Source of the DNA: a virus
IMG/VR virus record: IMGVR_UViG_3300034105_001970
Direction: 5' to 3' (one strand)
Length of the DNA: 64,000 bases
Positions within the stretch are counted from its first letter, which is position 1; every line of letters begins with the position of its first letter. Made by a program: the position numbers and the translations under genes. The notes below the pieces were generated by a model. That model saw only the letters and a program-made list of their open reading frames with translations. It did no database searches and was not told the DNA's origin. Shown here in pieces: positions 28,487 through 37,831 of the stretch.

Positions 28487-29576
28487 ATATTTTAGATATG
28501 AGAATAAAGAGTTTGTAGAATATGACCATTTACCATGTGGTTATATAAAACCTACAAAAGAATGTTTAGTATTAAGTATAATGGAAGATTCATCTCGTCC
28601 TAAAATTGAACGTATTGAATTATTCATAAAAAAACAAAACATTGAAAACGTATATTTAGATTTTATTTCTACTGAAAGTTATATTGATGTAAATACCTAT
28701 AAACGATTAGAAGCAGAGTTGAGTGGGTTTAATCTTAAAATACTGACGGTAAACATACTCAATTGTCAATTCAAATCGCATGTATTTTTTCCATTACACG
28801 CCTTACAATTAGCAGACAACTTTACAAAAGATGGGTTTATACAATCAAACAAATTTATACAATGGGATGTATTAAGAACTAAGAAACGATTAAAGAAATA
28901 TTTGTTTCTTAATCATCATATGAGAACTGAAAGGTTTAAAATATTTGAATCATTATACAACAATAATAATTTAGATGATGGTTTAGTTAGTTTTAATTGG
29001 ACATTGGCTAATGACAAGTTTGATAGTAGAATGTATGATGTGAGTAATTCGGATATGGAATACATTTTAAAATCAGATGCATATAAAGTATTACCAATAG
29101 AATTAGATGGTGATAACAATGCAAGTTATGTATTTGAAAATGATATTAAACATATAGCAAATCCTGTTTACTTTCAACCACAAAATACAAACGTAACGCA
29201 TTTTCATAATACTTACTTTGAAATTATAACGGAAGGATTTAGTTCACGTACACCCGTACATCCATACGCAGATAGAAGTAATATACTACACTATTCAGAA
29301 AAGATTTATAAGCCATTAATGTTTATGAATCCATTTAGTTTTTGGGGGCCTGAAAATACATTGGAACAATTTAGTAAGCATTTAGGATTTTCATTTGAAT
29401 GTCCTTTGTATCATTGTAATAATATGGGATATGATTTAGATGCATTTAATACTAAGGTAAATGAATTTGCTAGTTTATCATACTCCGATTTACATAGTAT
29501 TTATTATGATAACTTTGAAGAATTTGAACACAATAGAAATACATTAATTCGTTATTTAAAAAACATACAACTATGA
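28479..29576 (+). CDS. hypothetical protein, possible paralogue of 27230 gene
   Basis: FEIITEGFSS...HYSEKIYKPL weak version of the same motif; similar size; adjacent. Confidence 0.3.
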   Translation: MNKYFRYENKEFVEYDHLPCGYIKPTKECLVLSIMEDSSRPKIERIELFIKKQNIENVYLDFISTESYIDVNTYKRLEAELSGFNLKILTVNILNCQFKSHVFFPLHALQLADNFTKDGFIQSNKFIQWDVLRTKKRLKKYLFLNHHMRTERFKIFESLYNNNNLDDGLVSFNWTLANDKFDSRMYDVSNSDMEYILKSDAYKVLPIELDGDNNASYVFENDIKHIANPVYFQPQNTNVTHFHNTYFEIITEGFSSRTPVHPYADRSNILHYSEKIYKPLMFMNPFSFWGPENTLEQFSKHLGFSFECPLYHCNNMGYDLDAFNTKVNEFASLSYSDLHSIYYDNFEEFEHNRNTLIRYLKNIQL

Positions 29577-29977
29577 GTGAAAGAAAATATCTCCCAACAT
29601 TAGCGGAGTTAATTGACAGATTGAGTATAGCTCAATTAAAAGAAGTAAAGATTCCTGAACACAAAGCAGAATACGCACAGGAAATTGCGGATATCGTACA
29701 TGATATTCAATTGTGTTTAGATAATAGTGACAAGCCAATTAGTGGCGAAACGATTAGAGCAATTGTAGTATTATCACAAATCAATGCACATATTTGGCAG
29801 AATGAATCGAACTATCGTAAAGGAATTAAAGAGGGAAACAATTTAGAATTAACACATGGTATCAATGGTATCAGAAATGTAGCAAAAAATAAAATTCAGG
29901 AAGTTGTTGGTGGCAGAATGGATTATAAAATAGATTGTTTAGCGGCAGAGTTTAAAGATTGGGAAATTTCCTGGTAA
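29573..29977 (+). CDS. hypothetical protein
   Basis: 134-aa ORF with ATGA overlap; followed by 260-bp non-coding island. Confidence 0.35.
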   Translation: MSERKYLPTLAELIDRLSIAQLKEVKIPEHKAEYAQEIADIVHDIQLCLDNSDKPISGETIRAIVVLSQINAHIWQNESNYRKGIKEGNNLELTHGINGIRNVAKNKIQEVVGGRMDYKIDCLAAEFKDWEISW

Positions 29978-30036
29978 TAATACATAAAATAAGGGTTGAT
30001 ATTATATAAAAATGTAATATAATAACTCAAATTCCT

Positions 30037-30084
30037 AACCCATTGATTATCAAAGAGTTATAACTTATTGATTCTCAATGGGTT
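30037..30084. promoter_or_regulatory. 48-bp near-palindrome built from ATTGAT half-sites around central AGTTATAACT
   Basis: AACCCATTGA...TCAATGGGTT 10-bp perfect outer arms; 21/25 symmetric positions per arm; contains two ATTGATTnTCAA(T/A) copies. Confidence 0.45.
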
Positions 30085-30127
30085 ATATATGTCTATAACT
30101 TTTTACCCATATATAAAAAAATCATAT

Positions 30128-30245
30128 ATGTAACTCATTGATAGTCAGTCAAAAATCTTTGAAAAACCTAAAAATAGTTACTTTGGCCTGTTCAAAGTCC
30201 AATATAAAGTCGTATCTTTATGTATTGAGTCGAGAGAATGGGTAG
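30128..30245 (+). repeat. regulatory module, copy 1 (homologous to 38523-38625)
   Basis: About 110 bp shared with 38.5-kb copy; 41-nt core CAATATAAAGTCGTATCTTTATGTATTGAGTyGAGAGAATG differs at 1 position. Confidence 0.5.
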
Positions 30246-30426
30246 TCACATAGTAAAATTTTATAATATGAATAGTGTAACATTTCAGTTCAACATTGAA
30301 TTTGAATTTAAAGATGAATCTAAATTAGATAATCTGGCAAAACAATTACAAACAGTCTTAGATAGTTTTTCTATTGAAGATAGAAAGTTTGAAATAGTAT
30401 TTAAACATAATGAAGAAACTAAATAA
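30238..30426 (+). CDS. hypothetical small protein
   Basis: 62-aa ORF starting inside conserved module; followed by terminator. Confidence 0.3.
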   Translation: MGSHIVKFYNMNSVTFQFNIEFEFKDESKLDNLAKQLQTVLDSFSIEDRKFEIVFKHNEETK

Positions 30427-30431
30427 AAAAT

Positions 30432-30457
30432 TGTGGGTTTATCCCACATTTTTTTTC
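30432..30457 (+). terminator. intrinsic terminator
   Basis: GTGGG-TTTAT-CCCAC hairpin then TTTTTTTT. Confidence 0.55.
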
Positions 30458-30479
30458 TATAACAATTAAAAGCAAATAT

Positions 30480-31328
30480 ATGAATAACACAATGAAGTTT
30501 ACAACAATTGGTAATGCTAAAAAGCAAACGGGTTTATCTTATTTAGGTAGTGTAGCGAGCAGTTCAAAAATCGCTAAAGGGTTAAAGTACAATGAAATGA
30601 CTTACATATTGTATCTTGCTCCTGCTGAACAAAGTGGTTACAATGTTTGTCCGGGTTCTACGGCTGAATGTAGAGAAGCTTGTTTAACTGAAAGTGGACA
30701 CAATAGAATTGATGTTAAGAAAAACGCAATCAATAAAGCTCGTATCAAAAAAACTAAATTGTTCTTTGAGCAGAGAGAGTTCTTTATGGGTTGGTTAGTA
30801 GCTGAGATTAGTAAAGCTAAAGCTGATGCAATTGCTAAAGGTTTTACATTTTCAGTTAGATTAAATGGCACATCCGATATTCAGCCAACATTGTTTAAAT
30901 TCAATGGTAAAGTGATTTTCGATATATTCAACGAAGTGACATTTTATGATTATACTAAGGTTGCTAATCGCTTTAAGTTGTTAGATAAGTATTCTAACTA
31001 TGATTTGACTTATTCTTTTAGTGGTTACAATATGTTACAATCATTAGAGTTATTAGAAAATAATAAAGGTAGAGTTGCTATGGTATTTGAAGGTAAACAA
31101 TTACCAATATCATTTATGGGTTATAAAGTAATTGATGGTGATGCATACGATATGAGACACTTAGATGAGACGGGTGTAATTGTAGGATTGAAGTTTAAGT
31201 TTGTTAGAACTAAGATTGATACTGCACATAACAAATTCATTATCCCTATGGATAGCAAGTTTAGTGTGTATGATGTTAATCCAATGATAACAAAAGCCGC
31301 TCAAAGTAAATTAGTAAAAGTAAAATAG
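30480..31328 (+). CDS. hypothetical protein
   Basis: 282-aa ORF; Cys cluster CPGSTAECREAC; no family recognised. Confidence 0.4.
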   Translation: MNNTMKFTTIGNAKKQTGLSYLGSVASSSKIAKGLKYNEMTYILYLAPAEQSGYNVCPGSTAECREACLTESGHNRIDVKKNAINKARIKKTKLFFEQREFFMGWLVAEISKAKADAIAKGFTFSVRLNGTSDIQPTLFKFNGKVIFDIFNEVTFYDYTKVANRFKLLDKYSNYDLTYSFSGYNMLQSLELLENNKGRVAMVFEGKQLPISFMGYKVIDGDAYDMRHLDETGVIVGLKFKFVRTKIDTAHNKFIIPMDSKFSVYDVNPMITKAAQSKLVKVK

Positions 31329-31586
31329 TATGACAAAGAAACAAAAGAAATTCTTAGATAAAAAATTAGAGAAATTTTTGAAAAGATTAGAAACACCAAA
31401 AATCAAAGAAGTGTTTGTAAGATTAAAAGATAGATAATGAAAACGGCGTATGAACGAACTATCAAACGAAGTGACCAAAAAGAAGCGGGTGTGTTTGATG
31501 GTAGGTATAAACCAAAAGTTGTACCAAACAAAAAGAAAAAAGCTCAAAAGAATTGGGCTCGTAAAAATAAATAAAAACTATAATAT

Positions 31587-32075
31587 ATGAATTTAGAATT
31601 AACATTATTGGAATTGAATCAGTTGTATTATGCAACTAGTAAGTTAGTAGAACAAAATGAATCTCACTTAAAAGAGTTGGGTACAAATATTAGTAGTATA
31701 GAATACTTTACTAATGAATTAAATAAATCAGTAGTATTGAGAGATAAAATACAAACTGCTTTATATGATGAGTGTAAAAGTTTAGATGAAGCATTAGAAT
31801 ATGTAAGTAAGTTTAATGCAGAACAATACGATAGAGAACGTGATATTCTTAAAAATGCTATTGATGAGGAAATTGAACCTGAATATGATGGTGCGGGTTT
31901 TACCGAAGATGATAGAATAGTAAATGGTGAGTATAGAGTAATATCAAACGAAGATGCAGATGAAGATGCTAAACAAAGAGATTATAGTGCATTCAATAAT
32001 TATGCAGATACTCTAAAACAAGATGAACAAAGATATAACAATAAAAAATTATTCACATTAAACCAAAATAGATAA
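31587..32075 (+). CDS. hypothetical acidic protein
   Basis: 162-aa ORF, Glu/Asp-rich. Confidence 0.35.
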   Translation: MNLELTLLELNQLYYATSKLVEQNESHLKELGTNISSIEYFTNELNKSVVLRDKIQTALYDECKSLDEALEYVSKFNAEQYDRERDILKNAIDEEIEPEYDGAGFTEDDRIVNGEYRVISNEDADEDAKQRDYSAFNNYADTLKQDEQRYNNKKLFTLNQNR

Positions 32076-32076
32076 T

Positions 32077-32427
32077 ATGAGAACAACCGATGCAAAAGCA
32101 ATAGAGTATCTTAAAGGCAATCCTATTGTTGCCACATTTATTGATGAAGTGAATGCAAAACGATTAAAGTATTATACTACTGCTGATATGGTTAGACAAT
32201 ATAAGGAGTTAGTAGTTGAAATTGGTAATAAGTATATCCGTTTATGGACTGGAACTACTTGTTGGGGTTTCATTAGTAGAGTGGATGGTGATTTGAAAGG
32301 TGCACCGATTAAGAAAGGTGACTTATTGAAACCGGCAACTTGGAAAGCACCAGCAAAACATGCACGTGGTAACATAATAGATGGAACTGCACAATGGGGT
32401 GAGTACGGACCTTCTTATATAAAATAA
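32077..32427 (+). CDS. hypothetical protein
   Basis: 116-aa ORF, 1-nt spacing. Confidence 0.35.
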   Translation: MRTTDAKAIEYLKGNPIVATFIDEVNAKRLKYYTTADMVRQYKELVVEIGNKYIRLWTGTTCWGFISRVDGDLKGAPIKKGDLLKPATWKAPAKHARGNIIDGTAQWGEYGPSYIK

Positions 32428-32437
32428 AACAAACAAC

Positions 32438-33124
32438 ATGAGTATCAATAGAACAAAAACCTTTATCGCAACTATCCCAATGAAAAGTGAGGAGCAAGTT
32501 ATCGAAATTAAAAAAGTATTAGAGCAAATCTTTGGTTGGGTAGTATTGAAAGGTAGACATAATAACCGAAAATCAGTAGTAACAAATTGGAGTGTTGGTA
32601 AACAAAATGATGTACCTTGGCGTAAAGCAACATACATTGACATCTATTTGCATCCTAAGAATCCAAACTACAATAGTTCAAAAGGTATTCATAGACAGAA
32701 TATGAAGTTGAATGATAATAATGTAGTTATTGCTCGTATGTTAGGTAATATGAAATTGGGTTTAGCAGATGGATATTACAATACGATACAAGGTAAAGGT
32801 AGCAATGTGTATCAAACAATAATGAATTTATATTATCAAAACAAACAAAAAGCCGTAGTGACAAACACACCAAAAGTGCATCCACGTTCTAATCAACCAT
32901 ATGGGCAGATTACAAAACAAATATGGCAGTTTATGAATAATAGATTTGATGCAAGTTTTACTGAATTGAAAACGTACTATGATGTTGATATTAGGGGTAA
33001 CAAAACGATATTGAATGGTGGCAGTTTTATTCATCATCATCAATCATTAACAAAACATTCAGCAAAGCGTGGTTGGTATTTAGCTAAACAATTAAACGGC
33101 AAGTATGCATTGAGGGGATGTTAA
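32438..33124 (+). CDS. hypothetical protein
   Basis: 228-aa ORF. Confidence 0.4.
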   Translation: MSINRTKTFIATIPMKSEEQVIEIKKVLEQIFGWVVLKGRHNNRKSVVTNWSVGKQNDVPWRKATYIDIYLHPKNPNYNSSKGIHRQNMKLNDNNVVIARMLGNMKLGLADGYYNTIQGKGSNVYQTIMNLYYQNKQKAVVTNTPKVHPRSNQPYGQITKQIWQFMNNRFDASFTELKTYYDVDIRGNKTILNGGSFIHHHQSLTKHSAKRGWYLAKQLNGKYALRGC

Positions 33125-33125
33125 T

Positions 33126-33320
33126 ATGAGAACATTTTTATTATGGTATTTAGTAGCGTTATTTCCGTTGCTATTTACAATCAAAAAACAAATGAAAGGT
33201 AGAGCATTAGAACATGATGTAAAATACAATCTTTATGTATTCATTAAATGTTTATTTTACTTACCGAGATGGTATTACTTAATAATTACAGAAGCAATTT
33301 TTAAAAATAAAAACAAATAA
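33126..33320 (+). CDS. small membrane protein
   Basis: TM helix LLWYLVALFPLLFTI. Confidence 0.3.
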   Translation: MRTFLLWYLVALFPLLFTIKKQMKGRALEHDVKYNLYVFIKCLFYLPRWYYLIITEAIFKNKNK

Positions 33321-33321
33321 A

Positions 33322-33537
33322 ATGTTAGATACAATTAAAATGAAATTCTTTCTTAAAATGAGAGAAATTGAAGAACAACGAGAAGAAACAATGGGCAGTT
33401 TAGAATTTCAGAATTGGATGCGGGAGTTAAATATATCTCAATCATATGAGGACCCAACATTGAAACTAAATGCTGGTGACTTAATGAGACAATACGATAT
33501 GAAAAAATATTCTAACTTAAACTTTAAAAATAATTAA
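33322..33537 (+). CDS. hypothetical small protein
   Basis: 71-aa ORF. Confidence 0.3.
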   Translation: MLDTIKMKFFLKMREIEEQREETMGSLEFQNWMRELNISQSYEDPTLKLNAGDLMRQYDMKKYSNLNFKNN

Positions 33538-33538
33538 T

Positions 33539-33943
33539 ATGAACTTAATAGAATCGATTGAGAAATCAAAATGGATGAGCAAAGCAGGTTATCATAAAGA
33601 AGCCTTAGACTTATGTAATGAAGCCTTAACATACTTAACAAAGAAGGATATGGAAGGTGAAACAAAAGTGAAATGTTATACACCTGTTTGGGGTGAGCCT
33701 ATTGTTACTAAATATGGTAGAGCAAAGCGTGTTGATAGGTACGATAAGGTAGAAACAAAAGCAATAGAGTTTTGGAAAGATAGGTTCTATGATTTGTTAT
33801 TGTTATTCACACAAAGATACAATCGTAAGATGGGTATCAAACCAAAGAAAGAAAAACCATTTAAGAAACATGGTATTGAAACATTTATGAGTACGGCAAC
33901 ATTTGGTTCAATGGGAGCTGGTGGTAGAAATCATTTAGACTAA
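33539..33943 (+). CDS. hypothetical protein
   Basis: 134-aa ORF with basic C-terminus. Confidence 0.35.
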   Translation: MNLIESIEKSKWMSKAGYHKEALDLCNEALTYLTKKDMEGETKVKCYTPVWGEPIVTKYGRAKRVDRYDKVETKAIEFWKDRFYDLLLLFTQRYNRKMGIKPKKEKPFKKHGIETFMSTATFGSMGAGGRNHLD

Positions 33944-34098
33944 TGAAAACATATTACGATATAACCATAGTGACAAAGTTAGGTGATAGGGTAAATATAA
34001 ACAAATTATCTTATTCACATATTACACAATTGACCACTAATACGGATATAGAAACAATAATAATAAACAAAGAGTATTCAAAGAAAATAAAATAAGTT

Positions 34099-34434
34099 AT
34101 GACAAGTAAAATCAAATCAGTTTCATTCTCTTTACTTAAAAGAGAGTTTAATGTATCAGAGTTATTAACCAATATTCGTTCCGTTGGTCCTGTTGTATGG
34201 AGTTGGGGAATGTGTGAAATGAGTAGTTTAGATAATAAAGGTTTATTATTTAAAGTTAGTGGACATCATCACAAAGGATGGGTATTAATTACATTAGATT
34301 GGAGTGATACATTTGAGGTACACTTAATTAATGCAGATAGTTCAATTAAGAAAACATTTGATATGGTTTACATTGATAGTTTGATTGACACGATTGACAC
34401 CGCAGTTGAAAAGATTGCAGATTATCAATATTAA
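34099..34434 (+). CDS. hypothetical protein
   Basis: TAAGTTATG junction. Confidence 0.35.
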   Translation: MTSKIKSVSFSLLKREFNVSELLTNIRSVGPVVWSWGMCEMSSLDNKGLLFKVSGHHHKGWVLITLDWSDTFEVHLINADSSIKKTFDMVYIDSLIDTIDTAVEKIADYQY

Positions 34435-34444
34435 AAAATAAGTT

Positions 34445-34777
34445 ATGAAATTTAAATCACATTTCCCACCTGTTTCATATCAAGGAATCTTTGATAAACA
34501 ATGGTATGTTATATGTAGTTCCGATGGTGATGGCTGGGTTAAAGTAAATAGAAATTATCAATGGAGTGAGTTAGAAACATTATGGCATAAAATTGAGTAT
34601 GGTAAAAAACCTAAACTAATAAAAACAAAACTAAAAGAGTTTAAAGTAAATGGTAGTAAAGGTAATGTATATAAGGTAGTAAATGATGAAGGTATTTGGA
34701 CTTGTAGTTGCCCGGCACATGGTTTCGGACGTGGTAAAGATTGTAAACATATTATATCAATAAAAAATAAAAAGTAA
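34445..34777 (+). CDS. SWIM zinc-finger protein
   Basis: C-terminal WTCSCPAHGFGRGKDCKHI (CxC...CxH). Confidence 0.4.
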   Translation: MKFKSHFPPVSYQGIFDKQWYVICSSDGDGWVKVNRNYQWSELETLWHKIEYGKKPKLIKTKLKEFKVNGSKGNVYKVVNDEGIWTCSCPAHGFGRGKDCKHIISIKNKK

Positions 34778-34781
34778 AATT

Positions 34782-35159
34782 ATGGGATTAGACATGTACG
34801 CGTTTTCTACTAACGCAAAACCGAAAACGGATGTAGACTTTGAAACTAAGAATTTTAAACCAGAGGAAGTTTTCTATTGGCGTAAACATCCTAACTTACA
34901 TGGTTGGATGCAATCTATATATGATACAAAGGGTGGAACATCGGATAGTTTTAATGGTGATTGTGTTGTATTAGATACTTTTGATTTAGATGCATTAGAA
35001 GCGGATATTAGAGAAGGTAATTTGCCTGATACATCCGGTTTCTTTTTTGGTGAGAGTTCTAATGGTGATGAAGAAAATGAAAACGATTTGTTATTTGTTA
35101 CTAAAGCAAGGGAAGCAATAGCAAATGGTAAGACAGTATATTACACAAGTTGGTGGTAA
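34782..35159 (+). CDS. hypothetical protein
   Basis: 125-aa ORF. Confidence 0.35.
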   Translation: MGLDMYAFSTNAKPKTDVDFETKNFKPEEVFYWRKHPNLHGWMQSIYDTKGGTSDSFNGDCVVLDTFDLDALEADIREGNLPDTSGFFFGESSNGDEENENDLLFVTKAREAIANGKTVYYTSWW

Positions 35160-35254
35160 TATGAAAACAATAATAACAAAAGTTCTATTCATTCTTAGAG
35201 AGTGGATAAAACAACATCATGAAATGGAAAGAGTCACAAATAAAATAAAAAGTT

Positions 35255-35470
35255 ATGATAAAAAGTAAAAATGAAAAATTGGGAATTGAAATTGATTTGA
35301 CGGGACCTGATGGTAACGCGTTTGTATTGATTGGTATGGCTAGTAGATTAGCTAAGCAATTAGGATTAGATGGTAAAGCTATTCAAGCAGAAATGATGAA
35401 AGGTAATTACGAACATTTATTAGAAGTGTTTGATAGAGAGTTCGGCGAGTTTGTAACATTATATAGATAA
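35255..35470 (+). CDS. hypothetical small protein
   Basis: 71-aa ORF. Confidence 0.3.
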   Translation: MIKSKNEKLGIEIDLTGPDGNAFVLIGMASRLAKQLGLDGKAIQAEMMKGNYEHLLEVFDREFGEFVTLYR

Positions 35471-35488
35471 CATTAAAAACAATAAGTT

Positions 35489-35854
35489 ATGAAAAAAATA
35501 TTTCCAAAGAAAGAAAGAGGACCAATGATGCTAATGGATAAGGTATTTACTATTGGTGTGTTCTCCGCAAATACACAACAATATGTATGCACCAAAGTGA
35601 CCGATTTAGGAAATGATGGGACATATAAAAAATATGGAGTTCATTTCAACTGGTTACCAACAACATTTGCAGTACCGGAAATAATGAGAATGGATATTAC
35701 ATTAAACAATGGAAGTAATCACATTGAAGTTCAGTTATTTGAAAAACGACCGAATGGTTCATATCTACCTTTATTCCATAAAGGATATGATAAGGAAAGA
35801 ATATCATCGGTAGTAAATATTCAAAGTATGCTTAACGATTTAATTAAAAGTTAA
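35489..35854 (+). CDS. hypothetical protein
   Basis: TAAGTTATG junction. Confidence 0.35.
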   Translation: MKKIFPKKERGPMMLMDKVFTIGVFSANTQQYVCTKVTDLGNDGTYKKYGVHFNWLPTTFAVPEIMRMDITLNNGSNHIEVQLFEKRPNGSYLPLFHKGYDKERISSVVNIQSMLNDLIKS

Positions 35855-36231
35855 TGAAAACAAAAACATATTTTAGTGAGTTCAAAAGTGATGTTGCAGT
35901 TGCAATACTAACCAAAGATGACTACCGATATGAAGTAATGAAACCACTATTTGAACAATGTGGTTTTGGTTTCGCTGAGACAAGTTCGGGTTGTGTATTC
36001 ATAGATGGTGAAGTGAAATTGACCAAAGATGAATTGTGGTGGGTAGAAGCACATGAAGTAGCACACATAATGTTGAAACACACAAAGGATAGAAACGAAA
36101 GTGATGAAGTTGCGGCTGATATGTATTCAATCATATTACTATTAGATAAAGGGTATAAGAAAGCAGCACAATTAGTAGAGGATAAATTTGAAGAAAGACA
36201 TAAAAGAAAATATTATGAAACTAACAATTAA
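35854..36231 (+). CDS. small HExxH-motif protein (ImmA/IrrE-like metallopeptidase candidate)
   Basis: WWVEAHEVAHIMLKH. Confidence 0.35.
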   Translation: MKTKTYFSEFKSDVAVAILTKDDYRYEVMKPLFEQCGFGFAETSSGCVFIDGEVKLTKDELWWVEAHEVAHIMLKHTKDRNESDEVAADMYSIILLLDKGYKKAAQLVEDKFEERHKRKYYETNN

Positions 36232-36544
36232 GAACTTTGAAAAACTATTCCGTAAACAATGGGATGATAAAAACTACATTGAAGATATTGATGAAAGGAG
36301 AGATGAATATAGAATTAATGTATGGCGAGGTAATATGAGACATATCATTATATTAAATAGAAGGCCGGTAGAACTTAACCCATCAGCTATATCGGATGGT
36401 TATTACACAATTGGAAAATGGAGTAACGAAGCATTTTGTGTAAGATATCCCTATTGGATAAAGCATGAGGACATAGTGAATATAAATAGTCTAATGAACA
36501 AACTTAAATTACTAACGGATGAATGGACACCTAAATTATTATAA
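36215..36544 (+). CDS. MLTIKN-family small protein (N-terminus MKLTIKNFEKL)
   Basis: Track ORF starts at TTG 36188; first ATG 36215 gives family N-terminus with one inserted Lys. Confidence 0.4.
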   Translation: MKLTIKNFEKLFRKQWDDKNYIEDIDERRDEYRINVWRGNMRHIIILNRRPVELNPSAISDGYYTIGKWSNEAFCVRYPYWIKHEDIVNINSLMNKLKLLTDEWTPKLL

Positions 36545-36547
36545 GTT

Positions 36548-36952
36548 ATGAATTACAATATAATACTAGCAATCGCAATGGTATGTTTACCTTACGAAAT
36601 GGAACGAGAGGAATTAAGAATCAACACAATGATTGAAACGATTACTCCCGAAATAGTGACACTAACCACATATAAAGCAAATGCAGCCGAAACGGATAGT
36701 ACACCAAATATAACTGCGAGTGGATTTAAGATTACTAATCCAAAGAAACATAGAATTATTGCAGTTAGTAGAGATTTAAAAAAGAAATATAAGTTTGGAC
36801 AAAAGATTAGAATTGTTGGTGCCGGCAAATATGATGGTACATATAGAGTTCACGATGTAATGAACAAACGATATACGAAACGAATTGATATATTAATTGG
36901 AGCAAACGATAAACAAACTAAATTAAGAAAAATTAAAATTTATAAAATATGA
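36548..36952 (+). CDS. 3D-domain (MltA/YuiC-like) protein with N-terminal signal anchor; candidate peptidoglycan hydrolase
   Basis: TTYKANAAETDSTPNITASG...RIIAV...KIRIVG...RVHDVM...RIDIL matches 3D-domain layout (TAY...ITASG...D.G...RIDLF). Confidence 0.4.
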   Translation: MNYNIILAIAMVCLPYEMEREELRINTMIETITPEIVTLTTYKANAAETDSTPNITASGFKITNPKKHRIIAVSRDLKKKYKFGQKIRIVGAGKYDGTYRVHDVMNKRYTKRIDILIGANDKQTKLRKIKIYKI

Positions 36953-37476
36953 AAAAGCCAGAAAACTTTCACAAAGTAGATAACGAAAAAATTAAATTTG
37001 GAAATACTGAAATTGAAATTGATGTATGTAAAGAGGGATTCTTTGTTCAGCAACGATACGATGGAAGTTGGAAAAATTGTGTATTGTTTGAAATGAATTG
37101 GGATAAAAACCAATACAATGTTAAAATATGTGCAATTGGTGATGGTATGGATGGTTGGTATATACATGAAGATATGCCTATCGTAAAAGATTCAATTCTA
37201 ACGATAGAACGATTTAAGGAATTTGTTATCGATAGTATGTATGATGTGGCAAATAAAGTTAATTTAGAAGTGGTACAACCTGATACAATGGGTATGACTG
37301 ATATGACGTTAACTGAAATTAAACATAGTGTAGCGAGTAGTTCAGGTCCTAATACAACATATGAAGTGACCGAAAATGTACTTGGAACTAGTGATTGGAG
37401 TTGTACTTGTCCTGCATATCAGTATAGTAAAGAAACACCACAAACTTGTAAACATATTAAACAACTTAAACCATAG
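36949..37476 (+). CDS. SWIM zinc-finger protein
   Basis: C-terminal WSCTCPAYQYSKETPQTCKHI. Confidence 0.4.
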   Translation: MKKPENFHKVDNEKIKFGNTEIEIDVCKEGFFVQQRYDGSWKNCVLFEMNWDKNQYNVKICAIGDGMDGWYIHEDMPIVKDSILTIERFKEFVIDSMYDVANKVNLEVVQPDTMGMTDMTLTEIKHSVASSSGPNTTYEVTENVLGTSDWSCTCPAYQYSKETPQTCKHIKQLKP

Positions 37477-37479
37477 TGT

Positions 37480-37830
37480 ATGCTAACCATTAAAAACTTT
37501 AATGAACTTAAAGGTAATTATATTGAATGTGATGGTTATACATTATCCATTGAGGATATAAACGAAGGTACGGAAAAGTATGCAATAACAGTTTCATTGA
37601 TAAAACAAAATGGAACAATACAAGATTACATTGGATTTACTCTATTAAGGGATAGCAGTGCAAAATATAGTGGTAACTATGTTATGTATCAAACACACGC
37701 ATCTCATTTAAGAACCGAAGTGACTTTGAATTGTATTAAAAACAAAGATTGGTTTGGTTATATGATATGCCAAATGGCGGGTAACAATAATTGGCAAATG
37801 AAAATTAAACCTATTAAAGCATATAAATAG
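37480..37830 (+). CDS. MLTIKN-family small protein
   Basis: N-terminus MLTIKNFNEL; rest unrelated to other members. Confidence 0.45.
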   Translation: MLTIKNFNELKGNYIECDGYTLSIEDINEGTEKYAITVSLIKQNGTIQDYIGFTLLRDSSAKYSGNYVMYQTHASHLRTEVTLNCIKNKDWFGYMICQMAGNNNWQMKIKPIKAYK

Positions 37831-37831
37831 A

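Noticed and set aside
30480-31328. Replication initiator assignment for the gene downstream of the palindromic island
   Set aside because: This rests only on position next to an origin-like palindrome. No helicase, primase or Rep motif was recognised in the protein.
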